Below are positions 10,087 through 20,159 of a stretch of DNA of 64,000 nt, piece by piece. Position 1 is the first letter of the stretch, and each line of letters opens with the position of its first letter. Below the pieces are notes generated by a model. The model saw only the letters and a program-made list of their open reading frames with translations, ran no database searches and was not told the DNA's origin. A program made the translations under genes and the position numbers. This stretch comes from a virus: the IMG/VR virus record IMGVR_UViG_3300043449_000492, positions 64,001 to 128,000 of that record; one strand, written 5' to 3'.

Positions 10087-11976
10087 GTGAAGTTATTTGG
10101 CTTTCAGATCGGTCGTGACGATACTCTAAATCGTGACGCTAACCAACAACCACAGAACAAAACATTCACGCTACCTCAAAACGAGGACGGCGCTGTTACT
10201 ATTGCTGGTGCTGGTTATTACGGAACATATGTTGATCTTGACGGAACCTTTCGTAATGAAACACAGCTTATTACAAAGTATCGTGAACTTGCTATTCAGC
10301 CAGAAATGGAATCAGCAATCGATGAGATTGTTAACGAAGCAATTGTTCATGAAGACTCAGGTCATTCAGTAGAAATCAATTTAGACGAAGTTAAGCTTCC
10401 TGCAAACGCCAAGAAGCGTATCGAGCAAGAGTTTGAACTAGTCCTCAAGTTACTTAACTTTGGTAACATGGGTCATGAGATTTTCCGTCGTTGGTATATC
10501 GACGGTAGACTTTTCTATCACTTAGTCATTGATGAAACAGCTCCTCAGTATGGAGTTCAAGAACTAAGATACATCGATCCTAGACGCATTCGTAAGATTC
10601 GTGAAATCAAGAAAATGCGTGATCCCCAAACTGGCATTGAGATTATCCAAAAACAGCTAGAATACTATCTCTATAATGAAAGAGGTATGATGGGTGCAGG
10701 ATCTAATATGGGTGCAAAGATTGCAGTTGATTCTGTTGTCAATATCAATTCTGGCATCATGGATCCTAAGCAGACAATTGTTCTTTCTTATCTTCACAAA
10801 GCAATTAAGCCATTCAACAATCTAAGAATGGTGGAAGACGCTACGGTAATCTATCGCCTTTCTAGAGCACCTGAGCGTCGAGTTTTTTATATCGACGTTG
10901 GCAACATGCCTACAGTTAAGGCAGAGCAGTATGTTCGTGATATCATGGTCAAGTATCGTAATAAGCTAGTTTACGATTCTAATACTGGTGAACTAAAAGA
11001 TGATCGTAAGCATCTATCAATGCTTGAAGACTTTTGGCTTCCTCGTCGTGAAGGCTCTAAAGGTACAGAGATTAGCACACTAGAAGGTGCTAGAAACCTT
11101 GGTGAGCTAGAAGACGTTAAGTATTTCCAAACCAAGCTATACAAGGCGCTTGGTGTTCCTGTTTCTCGTCTAGAACAGAATCAAGGTTTTTCTCTTGGTC
11201 GAACTACCGAAATCACAAGAGACGAAATCAAGTTTAATAAATTCGTTGTTCGTCTTCGTGGCAAGTTTTCCACACTCTTTGATGAAATCCTTCGTGTTCA
11301 GTTAGTTCTTAAGAACGTCTGTACAGAAGCCGAATGGAAAGAGATTAAGGAAGACATTTGGTATGATTACAAGAAAGACAATAACTTTGACGAACTTAAG
11401 GATGCCGAGCTTCTTAATGCTCGTCTCGATACACTAATCAAGGTTGATCCTTTCGTTGGTAAGTATTATTCTGCAATGTGGGTTCGTAAAAATATTCTTC
11501 AGCAGACAGACGATGATATTGAAGAAATCAATACACAGATGCAGGAAGAGAATGCTATTCTTGCTCAACAGCAGCAACAAGCTATGGTCGACCAACAGGC
11601 TCAGCAACAGCAAGATCAACAGAATCAGATTGACTTTAATGCACAACAACAGATTGCTCAAGCACATGTTAGCAATGAAGTAGAAAAGATTACAGGCAAT
11701 GATGAAAAGGATAATCAATCTCGTCAGCATGAAAAAGAAATGACTGACAAGAAAATTGAAATTGAAAAGTTAAAGACTAAGACCGATCTTGCTAAGGCTA
11801 AGATTGCAGCTAAAGATGTTAATAAGAAGCCTGAAGCTAAAAAGAAAAAGAAGACCGTTTCCGAAGAAGCAAGAGAGTTAAGATTGTCATATATTGGAAA
11901 TGGTAAATACATTAATGAAAGTGGTGTCATAACCCACATTAATGAAAATGGTATACTAACTCCGTCTAAGGGATAA
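10087..11976 (+). CDS. gp20: Portal protein with long C-terminal extension
   Basis: KLFGF start, FRRWYIDGRL, YLHKAIKP.NxLRMVED...YRLSRAPERRVFYIDVGN, EDFWLPRREG, ITRDEIKF; GTG start. Confidence 0.97.
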   Translation: MKLFGFQIGRDDTLNRDANQQPQNKTFTLPQNEDGAVTIAGAGYYGTYVDLDGTFRNETQLITKYRELAIQPEMESAIDEIVNEAIVHEDSGHSVEINLDEVKLPANAKKRIEQEFELVLKLLNFGNMGHEIFRRWYIDGRLFYHLVIDETAPQYGVQELRYIDPRRIRKIREIKKMRDPQTGIEIIQKQLEYYLYNERGMMGAGSNMGAKIAVDSVVNINSGIMDPKQTIVLSYLHKAIKPFNNLRMVEDATVIYRLSRAPERRVFYIDVGNMPTVKAEQYVRDIMVKYRNKLVYDSNTGELKDDRKHLSMLEDFWLPRREGSKGTEISTLEGARNLGELEDVKYFQTKLYKALGVPVSRLEQNQGFSLGRTTEITRDEIKFNKFVVRLRGKFSTLFDEILRVQLVLKNVCTEAEWKEIKEDIWYDYKKDNNFDELKDAELLNARLDTLIKVDPFVGKYYSAMWVRKNILQQTDDDIEEINTQMQEENAILAQQQQQAMVDQQAQQQQDQQNQIDFNAQQQIAQAHVSNEVEKITGNDEKDNQSRQHEKEMTDKKIEIEKLKTKTDLAKAKIAAKDVNKKPEAKKKKKTVSEEARELRLSYIGNGKYINESGVITHINENGILTPSKG

Positions 11977-11977
11977 G

Positions 11978-13936
11978 ATGAAAAGTTTTAAAGTCTTCAT
12001 TAACGAAACTAATGCCGGAGTAACTGGCGTTGATGGTGTTAGAGGACTAGGATTTACATCTGGCAATCCGTCTGTAGTTAATTACGTTGATAAGTATGTC
12101 AATACTAACACAATGTCTTATAACGACGAAAACGGAAACAAGTTAGCACTAATTAAAAAGATGCATCATAATCTTCATAATAATAAGTTAGGATATAAAG
12201 CTTTTGATCCTACTAAGATTGGTGCATCAAAAAACTTTGGTAATATTGAAGAAGCTAAACTTAATGAACTTGGCGGCGACTATGATCGTTCTGCACAGGG
12301 CGTTGATGTTATTGGAGACTTAACTGGAGCATCAAGAAAAGTTGCTAAGGTTAATGAAGTTAAAAAGATTGTTCCTAAAGCAAAGAAAGCAGCTGCAGCA
12401 GGTATGGTTCTTGCAAACGTAGCTACTCTTGGAAATGTTGCTGGTGGAGCTGCAGAGGGTAAGGGTCATCCAGTTAAAGACATTGCACAAGCTGTCTCTG
12501 GACTACCTGGTAAATCGGGATGGGCTGCAATGTCAGGCAACTATACTCTTAAGGGTGTAGAAGGTATTAGAGATTACGTTAAAGGAAAGCTAATGAAAGA
12601 AGATAAAGATCCTTGTTGGAAGGGCTACGAAATGGTCGGCATGAAGACCAAGAAGGGACGTAAGGTTCCTAACTGCGTACCTACAGAAGAACAAAAGAAT
12701 CTAGTACCTGCTAATAGCACCGAACGAGGGATCTATGAAGTGAAGTCTTCTCGTAATCCTGCAAAAGCATATGGAATTAGAAAATCTGCAAATGCATCTT
12801 CAGAAGATGCCATTAGTAAGTCGCATCCAAACTGGACAGGACTTAATATGACTTCTGCAAAAGCAGCAGAAGAAAAAGCTAGAAGAATTGCTGCTGATAA
12901 GGCATCTGCGGAGCGTCGTGCTAAAGAAGGTACAGTTGAAGAAGCAACATATAAGGGAAAGACAGTTACTCTTAACAAGCCAATGAAGGGTGATGTTAAG
13001 AAGTCAAAAGTATTCGTTGATCCTGATGGCGATGGTAAGGCACAGAAGGTAAACTTTGGTGACAAGAGTTTATCAATCAAAAAGAATCAACCAGGTCGTA
13101 AGAAGTCATATTGCTCTCGCTCAGGCGGTATCAAAGGAACTAACGACAAGACAAGTGCTAACTATTGGTCACGCAGAGCTTGGGACTGTGAAGAAGAAAC
13201 ACAGATTGATGAAATCTCAGCAGAGCTAGTCGGCAAGGTTTCTAATGCTCGCTGGAGACAGGGTAAAGCACCATCTAAGACTCTATCCCGTGCAATCAAT
13301 AAGAAGTTTATTGAATCTGGTAAGAAGAAGGAAGATGATACTCCTTTTGAAGGTTCACATAAGAGAAGCCATGAAAAGTCTTCTACACACGTTCGCAGGC
13401 TTGCAGTTAAGGCAATGAAAGCTCATATGAAAGAAATGGATACTTCAAGTTTTCCTACATCAAGAAACATTGATGATAGAAGACCTAGATTAGATTCTTT
13501 GAAAGGCGTGGCAAATGCAACATCTGATGCAATTTCCGGTGTTATAAATGGAAAATCCATGCAACAATCTATCAATGATGTTAAATCACATATAGATCGT
13601 CAAGATAAAAATGATTCCAGTGCTTTGGATAAAGATTCAGGAAATAAACGAAAAGTATCCAATGATGAGCTTACACAAAAAACATCAGATATGCTCAAAC
13701 CAAAAATGAATAGTATATCATCAGCACCAAAATATACATCTAGTCTGTCATCAAAACCAGTAAAAGAGGAAACAACAATGGACACCAAAGAACTTGTCAA
13801 TGAAGCTCTTGATAATATCCTTGAAGATAATCTAGTCGGTATGAAGGAAAACCTTCAGGCTGCTCTTCAGGAGAAGATGATGGAGAAGCTTGAAGAACGC
13901 AAGAAGAATATTGCCGCAGATTATTTTGCACAGTAA
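11978..13936 (+). CDS. Modular prohead core/internal head protein ending in a gp67-like domain
   Basis: Directly after gp20; MKSFKVFINE capsid-targeting-like start; C-terminal ~52 aa (MDTKELVNEALDNI...KLEERKKNIAADYF) is gp67-like; PCWKGY and KVNFG..YWS modules. Confidence 0.65.
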   Translation: MKSFKVFINETNAGVTGVDGVRGLGFTSGNPSVVNYVDKYVNTNTMSYNDENGNKLALIKKMHHNLHNNKLGYKAFDPTKIGASKNFGNIEEAKLNELGGDYDRSAQGVDVIGDLTGASRKVAKVNEVKKIVPKAKKAAAAGMVLANVATLGNVAGGAAEGKGHPVKDIAQAVSGLPGKSGWAAMSGNYTLKGVEGIRDYVKGKLMKEDKDPCWKGYEMVGMKTKKGRKVPNCVPTEEQKNLVPANSTERGIYEVKSSRNPAKAYGIRKSANASSEDAISKSHPNWTGLNMTSAKAAEEKARRIAADKASAERRAKEGTVEEATYKGKTVTLNKPMKGDVKKSKVFVDPDGDGKAQKVNFGDKSLSIKKNQPGRKKSYCSRSGGIKGTNDKTSANYWSRRAWDCEEETQIDEISAELVGKVSNARWRQGKAPSKTLSRAINKKFIESGKKKEDDTPFEGSHKRSHEKSSTHVRRLAVKAMKAHMKEMDTSSFPTSRNIDDRRPRLDSLKGVANATSDAISGVINGKSMQQSINDVKSHIDRQDKNDSSALDKDSGNKRKVSNDELTQKTSDMLKPKMNSISSAPKYTSSLSSKPVKEETTMDTKELVNEALDNILEDNLVGMKENLQAALQEKMMEKLEERKKNIAADYFAQ

Positions 13937-13946
13937 GGGATAGATT

Positions 13947-15161
13947 ATGAAGACCATCAAGCAAATCAGAGAAGAATATGATAGTAAATTTCTCAATCAG
14001 GTTTTTCCTGAAGAGATTATGCTTGAGGGTGCTGACAAAGGTGATACACCATTTTCTAATAGAGTACCTTCTTCTAAAGAAATGCCTATCATGCTTATCT
14101 TTAAGAGGGTACAGTTTCGTAACTATCCTAACAAACTAACTGTAGCTCTTTACTACTCAAAGGCACTAGACAAATATCTTACGATTCCTTTTGGCCCCAA
14201 GGGCAATGTCAATCTAAGTGAAGCAGTTCTACTTGAACCTGAAATGCTTGATGAAGATTGGAAAGAAGTTAATCGTAAAGATAATACATCAGGCATGTCA
14301 CAAAAGGCTGTCAATGCTTATCGTCGGGAGCATCCTGGATCTAAGTTACAAACTGCTGTAACTGAAAAGAATCCTTCAGGTAAGAGAGCATCCAGAAGAA
14401 AGTCATTCTGTTCACGCATGGGTGGAATGAAAAAGAGACTAACATCTGCAAAGACTGCAAATGATCCTGATTCACGCATTAATAAGGCGCTTCGTCGTTG
14501 GAGATGTGAGGAATCGTTTAGAGCAAAGCTAGAAGAAAAACGTCAAGAGAGACTTGACGAGATTGCTCCTTTGATTGCTGCAGCAGGCGAAGCATTACTA
14601 GGATTAGGAGCAAGAGCTGCAGCATCTGGAGCTGTTAGATCAGCAGCAGGTGCAGTTGCTCGTGGTGCAACTAGACTAGCTGGCTCGGCAATTCGTAAGG
14701 GAGCTAGAGTTGGCAAGTGGGCACTTAAGAAAGCACTTGCACCTGGAAAACCAGAAGCAAAAGCTAAGCCTGAAGATCAACCATCAGGATCAGGACCTAT
14801 AGAAAAGCCAAGACCTGAAGCAAAGGTTCATTCGTTTAGTGCATCTTCACTTGCACACAATAGAGCAGGTGACACAACCAAGTCAATTGAAAGTCAAGCT
14901 GCAAAAAGATACGCAAAAGGTACACTTGCTGGACAAGTGCAAGAGAATAAAGTTTCCGATCTTCGTAAGTTAGTTAATGAAAATTCTACAATGAATTTAC
15001 AAATTAACGGAAGAACTGTTACACTAAATAGTAATATGGCAAAAAGAATAGTTGAAGTTTATGACTCGGTCAATGCCAAAAACAAGAAGGTAGTTGAATC
15101 AATGCTCAACGAAGACCTTGAGTCCTTCAAGAAATTACTAAACTTTTCAATAAAGGTATAA
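13947..15161 (+). CDS. Modular prohead core/internal head protein (gp68-like position)
   Basis: MKTIKQIREE start; basic module 'AYRREHPGSKLQTAVT...RRKSFCSRM...DPDSRINKALRRWRC'; located between gp20 and gp21. Confidence 0.6.
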   Translation: MKTIKQIREEYDSKFLNQVFPEEIMLEGADKGDTPFSNRVPSSKEMPIMLIFKRVQFRNYPNKLTVALYYSKALDKYLTIPFGPKGNVNLSEAVLLEPEMLDEDWKEVNRKDNTSGMSQKAVNAYRREHPGSKLQTAVTEKNPSGKRASRRKSFCSRMGGMKKRLTSAKTANDPDSRINKALRRWRCEESFRAKLEEKRQERLDEIAPLIAAAGEALLGLGARAAASGAVRSAAGAVARGATRLAGSAIRKGARVGKWALKKALAPGKPEAKAKPEDQPSGSGPIEKPRPEAKVHSFSASSLAHNRAGDTTKSIESQAAKRYAKGTLAGQVQENKVSDLRKLVNENSTMNLQINGRTVTLNSNMAKRIVEVYDSVNAKNKKVVESMLNEDLESFKKLLNFSIKV

Positions 15162-15164
15162 TAG

Positions 15165-15653
15165 ATGGCAACGGTCTTAACAACTCAGACATTAGTAGAT
15201 ACAAACCGACACGCAGTTATTAAGATTGTTGGTGTTGGTGGTGGAGACACTAATGCTCCTCTTATTGTAGCAGCTAATTTAGCGTTTGCTATCAATGCTA
15301 CAGGAATAATTAGTAGAACAAATCCTAAACGCCTTAATAGAATTGCTATCAAGCGTATTTGGGGTCAGGGTCAAATGGCAGCTGCAAAGAATGTCATGCT
15401 ACAGTGGGGTGGCAATACTAACACAGCCATCGTAACTTTCGGAACAGGTCAGTTTGATTATAACTTTGATGCAGGAAGCACAGGAGGAACTATCGAGATT
15501 CCTGATTCTGCTAACTGTACAGGAGACATTGTGTTTACTAGCACAGGTGGCGCTGGTGATGCATGGACACTATTCATTGACATTAAGAAAGACGGCAGAG
15601 ACTTCGATCAGGGTCAAACTGCTGACGCAACCGCATTTAATAGGATCGTCTAA
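15165..15653 (+). CDS. Hypothetical virion structural protein
   Basis: 162 aa, beta-rich, inside the head module; ACTAAATA late-promoter-like site at 15023-15030. Confidence 0.55.
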   Translation: MATVLTTQTLVDTNRHAVIKIVGVGGGDTNAPLIVAANLAFAINATGIISRTNPKRLNRIAIKRIWGQGQMAAAKNVMLQWGGNTNTAIVTFGTGQFDYNFDAGSTGGTIEIPDSANCTGDIVFTSTGGAGDAWTLFIDIKKDGRDFDQGQTADATAFNRIV

Positions 15654-16555
15654 TGAGTATAGAACTAGTTGAAGCAATCATTAATGGTGATCTTGTGAAT
15701 GCTCAAGATATCTTTGAGCAGAGACTTAATGATATCCAAGAAAATAAGCTTTACGAAGAAAAGCGTCGTTTTGCTGCTATCAATGAAATTGTTAAGCCTG
15801 TTAAGGGAAAACCTGGCGAATTTAAAGGTTCTAATACTAAAAAAGATTGGGCAAAGTATCGTAAGCAAAATCCAACTCTATCAGTTCATGGAACACCAGA
15901 CAATCCTAGAGCAAGAACTCCTGCTGAGAAAAAAGAAAAAACATCAACAGGTGCAATGACTAAACATGGATTAGCTGTTCGTAGAAAGCGTGGATATCTT
16001 AAAGCAGGAGAAGCAATTCCAGCTAAAAAGTTTATTGATGCTGTTAGTAGTTATCTTGAAAAGAAAAAGGGTCTATCAGAAGAAGATTTCATGGGATCAT
16101 CAATTGAAAGACTTAAGAGAGCGCAAAAAGCTCCCGAACCACCAAGAGATACTACTACAATTGGTGGCAAAGAAACTACATCATCCACTTTAGATACAAA
16201 AAAGCTTTCCGATGCAGGCAAAAGAAAATCATATGGTCCTAAAAAATCATACATGGACGTAAAAAAGCTAACATCTTATGGTCAAAGAGGTGCGTCAGAT
16301 GATTCAATTTCATCAGGAATGAGACGAACTCTTAGACAAAAACATAGAGAAACAACAGGTGTTACTTTAGGTAGTTTAGCTAAAAAAAGTTTTGGTAAAG
16401 CATTTCAGCCCGGAAAGTCTTTAAGTGGTCGTTACAGATCACTGTCAAGAGCAGCTAAACTTGCTAGTAAGACAACTGCGGGTAGAGTAGTAGTTGGTAC
16501 TGCTAAGAGAGTCGGCGGTGGACTCGCTGATATCGGCTCGCAATTAGAAGAATAA
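15653..16555 (+). CDS. Second gp67-like prohead core protein with basic cargo extension
   Basis: N-terminal ~42 aa (ELVEAIINGDLVNAQDIFEQRL...KLYEEKRRFA) resembles gp67; remainder Lys/Arg-rich. Confidence 0.55.
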   Translation: MSIELVEAIINGDLVNAQDIFEQRLNDIQENKLYEEKRRFAAINEIVKPVKGKPGEFKGSNTKKDWAKYRKQNPTLSVHGTPDNPRARTPAEKKEKTSTGAMTKHGLAVRRKRGYLKAGEAIPAKKFIDAVSSYLEKKKGLSEEDFMGSSIERLKRAQKAPEPPRDTTTIGGKETTSSTLDTKKLSDAGKRKSYGPKKSYMDVKKLTSYGQRGASDDSISSGMRRTLRQKHRETTGVTLGSLAKKSFGKAFQPGKSLSGRYRSLSRAAKLASKTTAGRVVVGTAKRVGGGLADIGSQLEE

Positions 16556-16573
16556 AAAAGGATAAATACTACT

Positions 16574-17221
16574 ATGAAACTTATTAGAGAAGAAGTTCAA
16601 GACATTCAGTATCTTGTCGAAGCGGACGGTAAAGGTGGCAAGAACCACTTTATTACTGGCGTGTTCATGCAAGCTGAAAAGCAGAACCGTAATGGTCGTG
16701 TATATCCTATGAGCATTCTATCTAAGGAAGCAGATCGTTACAATAGAGAATATGTTCAGAAGAACAGAGCGTTTGGTGAGCTAGGTCATCCTGAGAATCC
16801 TCAAATTAACCTAGACCGTGTCTCGCATATGATTACTAAACTTCATGCAGACGGAACTAATTTTATTGGTAAAGCAAAAATATTGGATACTCCTAACGGT
16901 AAGATTGTTAAGAGTCTACTAGACGGCGGTGCAAGTCTTGGTGTGTCAACAAGAGGCGTAGGGTCTCTTCGTCCACACAATGGATATCAACAAGTCCAAG
17001 ACGATTTCAAGTTGGCTACAGCGGCAGACATTGTAGCAGATCCATCAGCACCCGACGCATTCGTGAGAGGCATTATGGAAGGTAAAGAGTGGGTATTTGA
17101 AAATGGTAAGTGGAAAGAGCAGGATTATTATCGTGCTAAGAAACTTATCACTGAAGCCTCTAAGAACGAAATAGAGTCAGTGGCTCTAAGAATTTTTGAA
17201 AACTATCTTTCAAAACTTTGA
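16574..17221 (+). CDS. gp21: Prohead maturation protease
   Basis: MKLIRE, GVFMQAE..NRNGRVYP, GELGHP, GVSTRGVGSL, DIVADPSAPDAFV; GATAAATA at 16561. Confidence 0.97.
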   Translation: MKLIREEVQDIQYLVEADGKGGKNHFITGVFMQAEKQNRNGRVYPMSILSKEADRYNREYVQKNRAFGELGHPENPQINLDRVSHMITKLHADGTNFIGKAKILDTPNGKIVKSLLDGGASLGVSTRGVGSLRPHNGYQQVQDDFKLATAADIVADPSAPDAFVRGIMEGKEWVFENGKWKEQDYYRAKKLITEASKNEIESVALRIFENYLSKL

Positions 17222-17255
17222 AATACTAAATAAAAGGAAAAGGAGTATATATCCA

Positions 17256-18635
17256 ATGGCATCACTAACAGAATCAGCTAGAGCTGTTCTCGAAGGCAAG
17301 CAGGTTAATGAAGGTCTTTATCCTGAGGTTTCCCCAGGTAAGATTTCTAACCCAAATCCTGTCGATCCTTCAACAGCATCTACAGCAAACGCTAAGACAC
17401 TACGTCCAAAGTCAAAGGCATCAGAAGATCGTTTTGCTAATCCAAACGCACAGCCAGCTACACTAGGTTTTGACGATCTTGGTGGAGCAACACCAACATC
17501 AACAGCTAAAGACAATTTAGGTTCTAAGGCGGCTGGTGGCAATAAGCGTGACACATCAGTCAAGGGTTCAGGCTCACACGCAGAACCAACAAAGAAGCTC
17601 GCTGCCGAAGAAATGGAGCAGGACGGAGATATGGTCGAGGAAGAAACATATTCTCTAGCAGAGCGTCTTAAGGCTCTTAAGGAAGCTCGTAAGGCAAAAG
17701 CTTGTGACATGGAAGAGGAAGCTCTTGAAGAGGATTCAGAGGAGCTAGAACTTTCCGAAGAGCTAGAAGACTTCATCAACGAAGCTATCGAAGCTGGTCT
17801 TTCAGAAGAAGAAATCATGGAAGCTATTGACGAGAACTTTGACTTCATTTCCGAAGAGGACGAATCTCTTGAGGAAGACGTTGAAGAGGCTCTAGAGTCA
17901 TACGAAGTTGACATGACTGAGCATGTCAACGCCCTTCTAGAAGGCGAGAACCTTTCAGAAGAGTTTCATGCTAAGGCTACAACAATCTTTGAAGCTGCTG
18001 TTAAGGCAAAGCTAGAAGAAGAAGTTGCTCTACTTGAGCAGGCTTATGCAGAGACACTAGAAGAAAGAGTCAACGAAATCATGGAAGAACTTGCTTCCAA
18101 TGTTGACGACTATCTTAACTACGTTGTTGAGCAGTGGGTCGAAGAAAACGAAGTTGCAGTTGAGTCTGCTCTCCGTTCAGAGCTAACAGAAGACTTCATT
18201 TCAGGTCTCCGTCAGCTATTCTCAGAACACTATATCGATATCCCAGAAGAAGAAGTTCCAGTTGTTGAAGAACTATCAGCAACAGTCGAGGAACTAGAGG
18301 CAAAGCTAAACGAAGAAATTCAGCGTAATGTTGAACTTACTTCAATGCTTTCAGAATCCCGTAAGTCAGAGCTAACAGCAATTGTTTGTGAAGGCCTAAC
18401 AACCACACAGGCATCAAAGCTTCAGGCTCTAGCTGAAGGTGTTGATTATACATCTGACGAGGAGTTCATTGAAAGAGTTTCCACTCTTAGGGAGAACTAC
18501 TTCCCAGTGTCAGTCAAGGCTGATGATGTTCTTGACCGTGTTGAACATGGTGACCCACAGGCTCTAACAGAAGCCACACTAGAGGGTCCAATGGGCAAAT
18601 ACGTTCAGGCACTTGGTCGTTCACTTCCTAGATAA
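17256..18635 (+). CDS. gp22: Major prohead scaffolding protein
   Basis: Highly acidic; LSEEFxxKAxTIFEAA, VDxYLxYVVExW, FISGLRQLF; start reassigned to ATG 17256 behind AAGGAG; ACTAAATA upstream. Confidence 0.93.
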   Translation: MASLTESARAVLEGKQVNEGLYPEVSPGKISNPNPVDPSTASTANAKTLRPKSKASEDRFANPNAQPATLGFDDLGGATPTSTAKDNLGSKAAGGNKRDTSVKGSGSHAEPTKKLAAEEMEQDGDMVEEETYSLAERLKALKEARKAKACDMEEEALEEDSEELELSEELEDFINEAIEAGLSEEEIMEAIDENFDFISEEDESLEEDVEEALESYEVDMTEHVNALLEGENLSEEFHAKATTIFEAAVKAKLEEEVALLEQAYAETLEERVNEIMEELASNVDDYLNYVVEQWVEENEVAVESALRSELTEDFISGLRQLFSEHYIDIPEEEVPVVEELSATVEELEAKLNEEIQRNVELTSMLSESRKSELTAIVCEGLTTTQASKLQALAEGVDYTSDEEFIERVSTLRENYFPVSVKADDVLDRVEHGDPQALTEATLEGPMGKYVQALGRSLPR

Positions 18636-18643
18636 TATAAATA
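18636..18643 (+). promoter_or_regulatory. Consensus T4 late promoter TATAAATA
   Basis: Exact match between gp22 and gp23. Confidence 0.85.
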
Positions 18644-18685
18644 TAATATAGTAATTTTTACTAACATAGAAAGAAGGGTAAAAAA

Positions 18686-20077
18686 ATGTATCTTACAGAA
18701 AACCTAGAGCAGAAGTGGTCCCCAGTTCTCGACCATTCTGGTCTCAATCCAATCAAGGACTCATATCGTCGTGCAGTTACTGCCGTCGTTCTTGAGAACC
18801 AGGAAAAGGCTATGGCCGAAGAGTCACGCACTCTTAACGAAGCCGCTCCAACAAACGCTGGTGGTGGACTCGGTGCAGGTACAGCAATTGGTTCATACGA
18901 TCCAATTCTTATCTCTCTAGTTCGTCGTGCGCTTCCTAACCTAATCGCTTATGACGTTTGCGGCGTTCAGCCAATGACAGGTCCAACAGGACTTATCTTT
19001 GCTATGCGTTCACGCTATAAGCAGCAGCAGGCACAGGGCGTTTCGCCATCAACTACAGGTGAAGCTCTATTCTTCGAGGCTAACACAGGATTCTCAGGAA
19101 AGAATGCTGGTGCTAATACTGGTGGAGCTCCTGGCACAGAATGGTCAAACACATCATTCGGTGACATGTCTTCAACAAACCCAGTTGCTGACCTAGGCGG
19201 CGACGGCACATCATTCGGTGTTGGTCGTGGTATGACCACATCACAGGCAGAAGCACTTGGTGACGCTGCTAACAACGCATTTGCTGAAATGGCATTCAAC
19301 ATTGACAAGGTCACTGTTACTGCTCGTAGCCGTGCGCTAAAGGCAGAGTATACCACAGAACTCGCTCAGGATCTTAAGGCCATTCACGGTCTCGATGCTG
19401 AGACAGAGCTAGCCAACATTCTCTCAACAGAGATTCTAGCTGAAATCAATCGTGAGGTTATCCGCACAATTTATCGTTCAGCTACAGTTGGCGCCCAGTA
19501 TGGTGTAACAACTGCTGGTACCTTCGATCTTGACACCGACTCAAATGGTCGTTGGTCAGTTGAGAAGTTCAAGGGTCTTATCTTCCACATCGAGCGTGAA
19601 TGTAACGCTATTGCGAAGGCAACTCGTAGAGGCAAGGGCAACGTCCTTATCGTTTCTTCAGACGTTGCTTCAGCTATGGCTATGGCTGGTGTTCTTTCTT
19701 ACACACCTGCTCTTTCAGCCGATCTACAGGTAGACGACACAGGCAATACCTTCGCTGGTATGCTCCACGGCCGTATTAAGGTTTATATCGATCCTTACTT
19801 CGGTGGTTCAGCAAACGGCGACGAGCTAGTTACTGTCGGCTATAAGGGAACTTCACCATTCGACGCTGGTATGTTCTACTGCCCATACGTTCCACTACAG
19901 ATGGTTCGTGCAATCGGTCAGGACACCTTCCAGCCAAAGATTGGCTTCAAGACACGTTACGGCATGGTAGCAAATCCATTTGCTACTGCAGCTGGTGACG
20001 GTGTTGTTGCTGGTAGAGAGAATGCTAACAACGCAAACATCTACTATCGCATCTTCCGTGTTCGTAACCTAACCTAA
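18686..20077 (+). CDS. gp23: Major capsid protein
   Basis: KWSPVL, LENQE, LVRRALPNLIAYDVCGVQPMTGPTGLIFAMR, SRALKAEY..ELAQDLKAIHGLDAE, FQPKIGFKTRYG. Confidence 0.99.
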   Translation: MYLTENLEQKWSPVLDHSGLNPIKDSYRRAVTAVVLENQEKAMAEESRTLNEAAPTNAGGGLGAGTAIGSYDPILISLVRRALPNLIAYDVCGVQPMTGPTGLIFAMRSRYKQQQAQGVSPSTTGEALFFEANTGFSGKNAGANTGGAPGTEWSNTSFGDMSSTNPVADLGGDGTSFGVGRGMTTSQAEALGDAANNAFAEMAFNIDKVTVTARSRALKAEYTTELAQDLKAIHGLDAETELANILSTEILAEINREVIRTIYRSATVGAQYGVTTAGTFDLDTDSNGRWSVEKFKGLIFHIERECNAIAKATRRGKGNVLIVSSDVASAMAMAGVLSYTPALSADLQVDDTGNTFAGMLHGRIKVYIDPYFGGSANGDELVTVGYKGTSPFDAGMFYCPYVPLQMVRAIGQDTFQPKIGFKTRYGMVANPFATAAGDGVVAGRENANNANIYYRIFRVRNLT

Positions 20078-20102
20078 GATTAGGACAAAAACATAACTAA
20101 AG

Positions 20103-20129
20103 GCGGGGCTTTCGGGCCCCGCTTTTTTT
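20103..20129 (+). terminator. Rho-independent terminator after gp23
   Basis: GCGGGGCT-TTCG-GGCCCCGC followed by T7. Confidence 0.9.
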
Positions 20130-20159
20130 GTGTCTGATAAATAGATAGCGGAGGATGCA

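Noticed and set aside
17318-17929. 203-aa Ser-rich minus-strand ORF
   Set aside because: Antisense shadow of Glu-rich gp22 codons; no RBS or promoter
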